Source of the DNA: Phoronis australis
Taxonomy: Eukaryota > Animalia > Phoronida
NCBI GenBank assembly: GCA_002633005.1
Contig: NMRA01000993.1
Location: 12,014 to 76,013, forward strand
Reading direction: 5' to 3'
Length of the DNA: 64,000 nucleotides
Shown here piece after piece: positions 53,696 through 64,000 of this stretch. Each line of letters opens with the position of its first letter. Position 1 is the stretch's first letter. Both the position numbers and the translations under genes were made by a program. The notes beneath the pieces are model-generated. The model searched no databases. It was not told the origin of the DNA and saw nothing but the letters and a program-made list of their open reading frames with translations.

Positions 53696-54312
53696 AAAAT
53701 GCAACCAACTTCTTTGAAAACATGGAAAAGGAACACCAGATAGGTGTGAAGGTTATTTTTATTCTTCAATGTTAAATTTTTGTAGGCGGACAAATGGTTT
53801 TTAAATTTCCGCCTTAAGTCCTAACATTCCAAACTAAAGCCATTCAAACAAACGTTTATGACGAAAACAAAATTCTTCAACCAGTTCTGTAAAGTCCTAT
53901 GCCACCTGTAGGGTACATAACGAGCCAGTCCCACTCCTAATGTAACAAAAGGTTCCCTTGCATAAAGTCCAGTGACTGTCATTCTAGGGCTCCAGAGGGC
54001 CCAACCTAGAAAAAATTGCAACAGAAGGTTTTTTTGCATCAATGGCATCTTCAAACATCCCTTGGTGTCAGAAAAAAAATCTACCGAATTCGGAGTGGCG
54101 GAAGTCGGTTTTTCAAGATGGCGGACAAAATGGCCGACAAAACCGGTGATTACTGTTTTCTGGCATATTACTCTTATGTAACAGCTAAAAATAAAACATT
54201 AAAGTTTGTCATTGATTATATACTTTTCATAACAGGCATACCAATCAAAAGATGCCAATTTTCCGTAAAATAAAACCAATATGGCCGACAAAATGCCGGC
54301 CGAAACGGCAAT

Positions 54313-54608
54313 NNNNNNNNNNNNNNNNNNNNNNNNNNNNNNNNNNNNNNNNNNNNNNNNNNNNNNNNNNNNNNNNNNNNNNNNNNNNNNNNNNNNNNNN
54401 NNNNNNNNNNNNNNNNNNNNNNNNNNNNNNNNNNNNNNNNNNNNNNNNNNNNNNNNNNNNNNNNNNNNNNNNNNNNNNNNNNNNNNNNNNNNNNNNNNNN
54501 NNNNNNNNNNNNNNNNNNNNNNNNNNNNNNNNNNNNNNNNNNNNNNNNNNNNNNNNNNNNNNNNNNNNNNNNNNNNNNNNNNNNNNNNNNNNNNNNNNNN
54601 NNNNNNNN
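54313..54608. other. Assembly gap
   Basis: Run of N. Confidence 1.
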
Positions 54609-54835
54609 GGGGGGGCACATATTATAGCCCAAAAGTGGTCGAAACACGTTCTCTGAAACAGGTGAAATCATCAAATTTACGCTCTGTGACGAATCTGTAA
54701 CCTATGACAGAGTTTCTACAAAACTGCAGTGCATTGCTATCAAACTTTGTTGTCAACTTACGAGCATTTTTCAGAAAATCCCACTGCCAAAAACTTCCTT
54801 GAATCAGGTTTCAAGCTCCTTAGCTTGGTTTAACT

Positions 54836-56381
54836 ATATATTAATAAACCATAAAAATGGTTCCAAGTGATCAGTGCAATGCCTGCGCACGTCTAATAAA
54901 TGTGTGTCATGCAGCTCCTGATTTAAACAAAGGTCTGTTTTTTTAATTTTGGTCCGGTATAAATAACGCCACAGACCTGGAAATCCAGCGAAACACTTCT
55001 ACCTTACTGACAATCCCTAGTCTCAGAAAATTTGAGCATCCGGCACAAGATACTACTGATGAAATTCTGGTGATGATAATCACAGTGCTACAGTGCACAC
55101 GTGCACGATACTTGGTCTATGTTTCCCTCCGTAAATGCATGAACCAAACAGATCACCAATGGCGCAAAGTTTTCGAAAACAGCTCTATTTTTAGAGAGTC
55201 CTGTTACTGTTCTATTTATTTTCAAAACTTTATTGTGTTACTGACATTTAATTTATTTTCTGTTCAGCTGAATGAAGTCACCTAATATGAATGCATTCAA
55301 CACAATTAATGCATTGTAAAAACCAAAAGTTATGCTCTATCAACGTTAGACAAAATAATTACACCCCTTTCTTAAAAAATGGGTTAAAAGTTAGAAACAG
55401 CGGACACAAGTTCCCATCACTTGTAACGTCGATTTTCGATATTGATGTTGTCTGGCGACAGCTACACGGAATCGCGCGAAGGCAATGATTTTCAAAATTT
55501 GATTCGTTTTCGTTGTACATGTATGTCTTTTTCCGTATGGTTCAAGGTTACTTCTGAATCCAGAAACAAGAACAGAAAGAGGCAGGGCTCGTGATAACGT
55601 TGGAGAACGGTAACACTTTTATAAGATGTTACACCTGTCATCCATATTGTCATCTCATCTGTTTTCATCTAACCTTCCCAGATGAAAACTTGAATGAAGA
55701 GGACCTTCAGTACTTGAGTGAGCATGGTATACTGTATTATTTATGTTGAATTCTTCAACGGTTCTTTTAGAGCCATTTCACGCTATACCTACATGTACAA
55801 CCAACGGCTCTTTTAAGGGCTACTCAACACTTCCCAGAAGAACTGCTCACTTGAGAATGTTGAATTATAAACATGCAAAGGTTAAAATAGTCAAATCGTT
55901 GCAGAGGCGCATTTTTTAATTCGAACAAAATTGATATTTTTCTAAACCAAAAACGTTATATAAGTATCTTTTGCATTCACAGGTACTCCTTGGAATTTGT
56001 GCACAAACATGCTTTCGTAGTTTTCTCAGTAGGCCTATGTGAACCATAAATCACAAACTGTCCGATAACTATGCTGCTAAATTGGGCAAGCAGACGACAT
56101 AATCAGTCGGCACCGAAGTTTGAATTTTGTAATTAATTACCAGTAGCATTGCCAAAAGTACTCACAATACCAACACTTCTACTATTGAAAGACTTTGAAC
56201 AGCGTTTCAATCCCGAAATTAGTATTTTTTTCGTTGTTTTGGACAGTAAAGTAAATGCAAGTATTTCTCGTCAAAATACACTCACCGGAAACTGTACCAG
56301 AAAGGTAAGGAGAGTGGCGGCGCCTCTTGGCTAGCACGTAAGAAAATGCCGGAGTTGCGAATCTGTTGTGTATAATCTATG
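54836..56381 (-). repeat. Interspersed repeat, copy B (inverted relative to 3815-5610)
   Basis: Collinear with copy A but lacks about 200 bp (copy A about 5135-5345). Confidence 0.92.
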
Positions 56382-58744
56382 GTTATACTCACAAACAGTA
56401 ATATTCCTGCATTGGGGTATTAAAGTCAACATTAGTAGTTCGATATTGGCACTGTACTGGCCCACAACTGCACTGGGTAATTAGTATACTGGCTTAACAT
56501 GAGCCCATCAATGGCCCTGTACAGGGCCAACACAGTCTGTTAATGCTGGCTCTTTATAGGGCCGAAACCGGTTTTTGGCATTCTATAAAGTTAATGACAT
56601 AACTGATTACGCCTATAAACATTCGAAAATCAAAAATGGAGTTCCTGCGTTTACATTTGGGTTGTTTATATGTGGAACTTTTTAGAGCTTTCTTAATAAG
56701 ACAAGATGACACCTAGCTGTACCAGAAACAAGATGGATTATTTCTGCTATAATACGCTCCTACACAGAGTTGTATTAGTTCAGTCTGAATTTGACCTCTG
56801 CTAAAAAACTGGTCTGTTTCAGGCTTTGAAGTCGGGAGTTTAGCTTCAAACTGAAGCGAAATGACTGCATGGGAGAATCTGCTCAACATTGTAAAAACAA
56901 TTCTAATTTTTCCAATGCCAACAATGAGGCTCAAGACTGGTGGTTAAAAACAGAAAGTAGCGTAAGAGCACGGGTTTGTGTTAGTCAGATCAAGTAGGGA
57001 GATCAAGTCAGATCAAGTCCGTTCAAGAAAGTTAATAAGGAGAATTACAATTGAGTTGCAGTGAAGAGAATCAGCAGTTACAGCGATAGTCAATAGAGAG
57101 CCAGCTATAGAGACAGCAGGTTGTTGAATCGACGAGTGTAACACTTGCTGAACGTGTCTCAGAAGTTCATCACAAGTCAAGGCTTCGCAGCACTGGCTGG
57201 AGCATAAACAGACATCTAGATTTCGATGCATATCATTATGCACATGCCAGCAGCACATTCATGATCAGATGCCTTGTATGCAAACAATTTGATTTGTCTG
57301 GCTTCAGGAATGTTAAAAAGTAGCAAAAATGAATGCTAAAACTGTGTTCAGCAGGCCTGAAAACAATTAACGCAACTGAGAATCTAATGTCTTCAATAAC
57401 AATAACTATATTGATTTTTATGAATGGAAGATAACGGGATAGTGTAAACATTTGTCCCTGTATTCCGTCAAAATAATGACGCCTTGCTTAACGAGCATTG
57501 CAGATTAACAACTATTTTTCCACATTCTGTAAGTATACATCTATAACCCAATAAACATGAAATAAATTGCTCCAAAAATGTTTTATGCATGTTTGTTGAC
57601 CTTGAAAATATAAGTATAAACACCTCATTTTTCAAGTTAGCCTGCAGGAGCACATTACATTGTATGGTAATGGCGGCACCTAATTTGAATAATTAGTTTT
57701 TAGGGTTGCATTTTTTAGTTTTCATAAGGGATGTATTGCTCAGGAAGTATTTATAAGAAGAGTACAGGTGAGACATTTCTCCATTTTAAATGGTATATTG
57801 TGATTTCTATTACAAAAGTACATCTGAACTTGACAATTTGGCTTCCATTTTGTTTATGCTAATTAGATGATCAAAAATACAAAATTCGGCTTGGGAACAG
57901 GGTTGGTTGAATTTGCCATATCTTGATTGTGTGAAAAAGTCTTGTTCCCAACTTTTAATAAAAAATGCTTCTTGAACCTTGAACAGGGCTCTTTTCAGGA
58001 AATGCGTCTAGACAATATGGCTAAGCAGGGACTCATCTAGGATTGCAAAAGTGGGGATCCAAATTTGTGAGAAAGACGTGTCGCTTGAAGCGCGATTGTG
58101 AGTAGCACCGAAGGGGGCGAAAGTTGGGAGCGAGGGGTGTTTCCCCAATCCCGTTGAGGGAAAAATTTAACTTTTATAAAAAGAGACATTTTCCGTGCAT
58201 TTTAGCACACTGTTTTTACGTTTTTTCTTGTTCAAAGGACGACAAAGAAGAAAACTACACGTCAAAGGCTTGCTCCATTCAGGATGTCTGCATGAATGTT
58301 TCTGGATTGCAAAAATCAAGACCTGAAATCTTTTTATAAGATAAGCTGTGTAGAGTTGCATGTTAGACAGATAATTCGAAGCATGACTTCAGAACTCATG
58401 TATCTTTAAGCTCTCAAAGGAGAGGTGTATTATTTTAGTGCAGTTAAGGAAGATAGTTTAAACTGGAGAGAAAACAATGAAGTTGTTTCTGTTGACAAAG
58501 GACGTTATTACATCCGAAAATTTCAGTTGATCCATTCTTGTTGTTTTATTTACCTATTTATGAAGGACATGAAGAAATGTGTCCTTGAGAGCATGTGTCT
58601 ATGTTTCATTAGAACACGCAATACTGCAATTCATAAGTCTACGGTGAACACGAATCCTCAACAAAATCACAACTAAGGCCCACCGGCGCTCGACACAGGC
58701 GAAAACTTCCGCTCGAAAATAGGAGTGATGGCATATCAGCCTCC

Positions 58745-58885
58745 CGTTCAGTAACGCTAGAACCTAGCTTAAAAGCAAGACTTTGCGAGATTACGCGAGA
58801 TATTGCCGTGTATTTTAAATAAGAGCACGTGACCTTGACTAGCTTTTGGCTAGGTCCTAGCGTAGGTCCTAGCGTCTACTGAACG
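58745..58885. mobile_element. Short MITE
   Basis: cgttcagtaacgctagaacctagc ... taggtcctagcgtctactgaacg inverted termini. Confidence 0.6.
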
Positions 58886-59064
58886 CACTCCTGCACTCGC
58901 GCTTGTGTACCCGGACTTGACCTAATTAATAAAATGGTCTGACACTAGTTCCAGTTTAATCGCTTTTATTTTAGTGTTCTGTACCAGCAGGTACAGTAGC
59001 ACTTGATTGGCATGACCCCTGAGGTCAGCCTGAGGACAGTAATGATGAATTTTTACAAGAGAAT

Positions 59065-59790
59065 GGTAACCAATATTCTAGCATGTTAATGATACATGAA
59101 GTCTGAAACATTTAGCAACCTGTTGTTTGTAGAATGATTGGGTAGATTCCGTAAAGTTCTAGAATGTGCTTGAATTGCGAAAAGTTCCAGAACAGTGTAA
59201 GAGGCTACAAATACCCAGGCACAGGTTTGTGACAGTCAGCTGAAGTTGAGTTGCAGTTGAATGCCGTTGGCGTTAAAGTCAGTTGAAGTTAAAGTTGAGT
59301 TGCAGTCAAGAGAATCAGCAGTTACGGCGTTTATTGGGTCAATAGAAAGCCAGCTACAGAGACGGCATGTTATTGAGTCAACGAGTGTCAACACTTGTTG
59401 GAGATGTCTCAGAAGTTTACCACAAGTCAAGACTACAACATTGACTGAAGCATATAACAGACATCACGTCGGCCGGAAGTTTTGTTTGATTAGACTTGAG
59501 TACGTACGCTCGAGATTAATAAAGTGATTAACTCGAACCAGTCTTTTAAGACCAAGTTTTTCGTCGCACCGAAAACTATAAAGCACCGTTTGGTAAGAAC
59601 GTATCCCCTCCATGGGGAAAACGTGACAATCTTGAATGGACCACTCTGCAAATAAATGGACTACCGGGCGAGAGAGCATGCCATGTGTCCCATGCAACGC
59701 TGTTCACGAGAACTGGAACGATAACATTCATCCACGTGACATGAGTAGTGACATATGGTCGAGTACCCAATATCTGTAGGCCTACACGAC
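59065..59790 (+). mobile_element. Solo-LTR-like sequence, with a partial paralog at about 57050-57215
   Basis: TATA-like tacaaata, aataaa at about 59518, ends acgaca. Its internal gagttgcagt.aagagaatcagcagttac...cacaagtcaag block is duplicated at 57.05 kb. Confidence 0.4.
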
Positions 59791-62700
59791 ATCGAGGCCT
59801 AACTATGCTTATCATTTTCTGCTCTGTATTTGTGCCAACTCAAGATAAGTACAGTAGCTACATGTATTTGTGTGTGCTCGCAAACACTATGATTCATGCA
59901 TACGAGCTTTATTCCTAGTTGAGTACCCCTATATTTGAGGTGCAAACTCGAGTTAAGTAAAGGTTGAGATTTTAAGTAAAATATCGATTTTTTAGTTTAG
60001 ACTTGAACATTCAGCCTTAATGTTGGAGTCATCAAGTGCAAACCCGGATTATAAAGTTATCTATCTGATATGAATGTTGGTCCAAAGGCGACTTAGGGAA
60101 GTGACTGTTATCGCTCGCAGTGAAAGGCAAACACGGTTTATCCGGTAAATGGCGAGGCAACTTTATCACAAATGACACAATACCTAGAAAGGGAAGGCAA
60201 TGTACAATTCAACTATTTCTGACTGGGAATTTCAAGATATCTTTTTTATTTTATATCACTTTATCAAGTAATTCACATCAGTGTTGCCCTGAAAAATTCC
60301 ACATTTTACGTTATCAGGTAGATGGCTCAATATTCAACGTTTTTAAACGCACATGCGATCCTATGTGTCGTGAAACCGGGTATAACACTCATGGTCTCAA
60401 CGAAGAAAAGATAGTTACATCATCAATAAAACCAACGAATTTTCAATTTGTTTCGCTGTCTCATAGATCATCATCAGAACAAGTACATGTAATCAAGGTC
60501 ATTTAAAATCTTGGCCCACACATTGTACAGTAGAACTATCAAGACGCATCGTAACAACAAAACATCAATGAAAACGCTTATATTAAGAACTTCCATCTGT
60601 CAAAAGTCCAGGTAACTTGATCTGAGGAAGGGACAGAACTTTGATTTATCACGTCACAATTCCCATTTGGGTAGAGATGAAGCTGTTAGAGATCTTTGCA
60701 AATTAAGGGTGTCGCCGAAAGAATTTGTGGACGTGCTCAGGTATCTCTTTTGTATCACTATTAGTGTTAGGCACATACGGCAATTTTTTGTCAAGACTAG
60801 GGCTCTCTCGTCGTAACAATCATTTAGATGTGAGTGGTACCATAGACCGACAAACAACGATGCAGGGCCGTAGGAAGCGGGGGCACGACCCCCCCCCCAA
60901 AAAAAAATTCAGGAGTAAGGGTTAAACCGTGGCAACCGACGGAGGTGTGGGACCGGGGACAGTCGAGAAAAGAGAGAAAATTCAAGAGAACATTTAACAA
61001 CTCTGCATTAGTGCATGACTTGCTTTTTGAGGAGCCTGGCCAAGACGAAAAATTGAGAAAGTTTGTAAAGCGAAGCTTTTGTGGAGCGTACTAATTTATT
61101 GGATGTTTAAACTCAAATAAGTCAATTTTGCGAGTGCAAAACTATTTTTTCCAGATGCTCCTCTCTGGCAAGGGATAACGGAGACAAATTTCGCTTTATT
61201 TTTTTCTTGAAACTACATATTACTTAAAAAACTGATGACCTGACAGATAACATCAATTGTTGTGCATTTCCATTTAGGGGCTCCGGCCTTGAAGGAGGCC
61301 ATTGATGACATTAAAGTGGCCATCCTTTTTTGGTTTTTATTGAAAATTTTTTAAGGGGCCGCTCACGGAGAGAAGGTCCAACGTTGGAATCGATTACCTC
61401 TATTTTCCTGCTTTTTTGTGAAATCATGCATCCGGCTTTCATGATGAAGGAGGTCACTCCCTCCATCGGTTTCGGACCACACGACGGTGGAATGCACTGT
61501 CACTCTTTTTCCAAGCTTAATGATGTTTAGCCTTTTGTCTTAAGGTGTCCTATTTCCAGTGCTTGAGCATTGAACGTAATTTACGGTGCGTAGGTGCTTC
61601 GTTCAAATGCCAAAAGTAGGTTGGCTGCGCCTACGTACGCCTACGCCCTACTACAGTAATGCCCATTTCAGACAGGACCCTATCTCGGTGGAGCAGTTAG
61701 GGGGAAATGTCCGGTTGTCCCTCTATACATGTAAATGTGACACTGCCAAGTATTCACGATGGAAGGTGAGATTCCAAATTCATCAGAAAACACAAACCAT
61801 TTGTGCAAAGCACAACCATTCGACCCAAACAACCAAAAATGTGAAAAAATACAGTGGGATGGCCACGACTGAAAGGGTGGAATTTTGAAGAACGTGAAAA
61901 CCACTACTGAATTACACAAAAGTACTATTTCCGATGGTTAGTTATAAAATAATGTTTCTCTTTCCCTTAGTATCACAAGAATAGTAAATCCTTTGAAGAT
62001 GGTTACTACGAGTTGTTTGTAAGGAATTCCCACATGTGGAAAACACTGCTGCCAAGGCTATTACTTTTGTGGCGACCGTGTACATGTCGAAAAAGGGTAC
62101 TCAAAGAACTCTCGCAATCATAAACAAAGATTTCAGCGTTTTTTGTTTTTTTTTTGTTTTTTTTTGTCACTGGAGTTCAAGTTTTTGCCTCGTGAACCCT
62201 TATAGGTACCTCTGAAATGAGCAAAAACATACCTTAATACCCGTCTGCAAGCATGCATGCGGAAATTGCTTATAACAAATTTGCTAGTTTCTGATTTACT
62301 TGTTTATGTAACTACGAAAATCGATAGATTCATAGATGATTTTTGACAATTAGAAGCTAATTGATGATTTTTCAGTGAATCTAATTGCAGCCCGAATTTT
62401 GAAAAAATTCTACAGTGCGACCCCCAAGTAGTAAAGTACACTTATTGACGCTTTTTGCACATCTAAAATAACTCTCAAAGACATTGATGAAATTCGGACT
62501 CACAAACCATACATAGAAAAAAACTTTTAACAATCCTTAAATAAATAAAATTAAACTCATTGCTTGGAAAGGTTGTCTTTGCACTTTCTTGGTGTTTTTA
62601 GTTTCGAGTAGTATTGAGCAATGAATTTTTGTAAAAAACTGAATTGATTGGCTGTCCTGATTTGCGTGCACGTCATGACTGTCGTACCCACGTTAAATAT

Positions 62701-63210
62701 AAGATGTAACCTTGCATTAGGCCCACGCAGAATCTCTGAATTTGAATTCCAGGCGTTCAAGAAGTGTATACACTTTTGGGACACACTATCCTTCTCCCCA
62801 GCCACCAGAACGAACTGGACTGCCCGTCGTGTTTCAACTAGGCATAAACAGCCCCAAAGGCACTATACCAGGGACTTCGGGAACTCACCTTTTCAAAAAA
62901 AAACTCCTTCAAAGAACGACCGTATTAAGATAAAGTTTTCCTGAAACCGGATCACAACAAAACGAATCTTGACCTTAGAGCGAGCGCCGACGGTCGGTAC
63001 GAGCTGCCTGTTTCAAGTGAATCACAGCTGAGCTGACCAGCAACTAGCTTTATATCGTGAATTTTGTATTTTCACCCTGATAGATCTCCGCTATAGCTAC
63101 TTGAGACACCTCCTCAATACCAGTCAGTGTACTGATCCTAAGCCCATTCTTATTCTCAGTGTTGTTTCACGGTTACTGAACTCTTAATGGTTTTATCGCG
63201 GGAGTTGTCC

Positions 63211-63361
63211 CAGGGGCGGATCCAGGATTTTGACTGGGGGTAGAGAAGAGTATTAGACAGGGGTTTGCGCTTCAGAATTTCGCACCCCCGAACTGCCACC
63301 TGGAAAGTGGGAGAATTTTTGTGGGGCCATATCCCCTTTTCCAACCCTAAATCCGCCACTG
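63211..63361. mobile_element. hAT-like MITE
   Basis: caggggcggatccagg ... ccctaaatccgccactg. Confidence 0.55.
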
Positions 63362-64000
63362 TACCCCCCAGCTAAGGTAGACGTGGGAGATTTGGCACAA
63401 ATATGGTGGCATTGGGAGCACGGGAGGGGGTGGCGGAGGTGGTGGCGATGGGGAATATTTGGCGAAGTCGAAATGGTTTGGGCCTGCAATGGCAGGGCAG
63501 CAACATGGTTGAAGATTCATGCACCACAAATGTGTAACTAACGGCTTAGAGGTGGAACGAGAAACTACGAGAATCATTCTTTCTGCTGTCGATCCAGGTG
63601 GTTTGGCAATGCGACGCGTCAGACGACACACTGAGATCATCGTGCTTGAGCTACGGTTTTAGACAATCAAATAAGTAATTTCCGGAAAATTAGTTAACAA
63701 ACCGGACAAGTACAAGAGTCATTCTTTATACGCTCAGACCCCTGGTCCTAGCCGGATACCGGTGATTCCATCTCCAGTCTTAAAAAAATTCGACAACTTG
63801 TCACAGACTACATGCTAGGAGTTTTTCAAAAAGACATATTTGGGTATTAAGATCATGCTACTGTGTTTTACAGAAAGAAGTGACATTGAAGTTTCTGAGT
63901 GTTTTCTGCAGTTATAAACTACAAGTTTGGTCTCTGTGTTTACGTGACTTTCGAAAACTATCTGTATTTGCGTTGTTAGTGTGTGTATGTGTGTGTGTGT

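Noticed and set aside
54199-54700. ORFs of 134-152 aa
   Set aside because: Artefacts of translating through the N gap
55790-55797. TACATGTA as a sixth clean footprint
   Set aside because: The paralog (about 4398-4415) has 14 different bases between the two TAs, so the event includes a deletion and is ambiguous
63347-63640. Polyproline-containing minus-strand ORF
   Set aside because: Short, runs into a MITE, and has no recognisable domain or partner exons

Overview
AT-rich, intron-containing animal genomic DNA, most likely a marine invertebrate (lophotrochozoan-like by protein and repeat style; the taxon is an inference). Most of the window is decayed or nested transposable elements: a GalEa-type Ty1/copia element, I-group, L1/Tx1 and CR1/L2 LINE pieces, Kolobok-, Academ-, ISL2EU-, IS3EU-, Harbinger-, hAT- and P-like DNA transposons, and SINE heads. 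The one host gene I can support is the 3' half of a + strand astacin (M12A) metalloprotease. It has a protease C-terminal exon (15600-15729), an EGF-like exon (16611-16721) and a tandem array of phase-1 ShKT exons (18484, 28259, 36343, 39145), plus several dead or dying ShKT copies. The most striking unexplained pattern is a recurrent TA -> TACATGTA insertion. It appears in at least five independent paralog comparisons, and TACATGTA occurs about 22 times in the window; it matches the Tc1/mariner excision footprint. Assembly gaps lie at 7184, 52199 and 54313-54608. All calls were made by eye, with no database searches.
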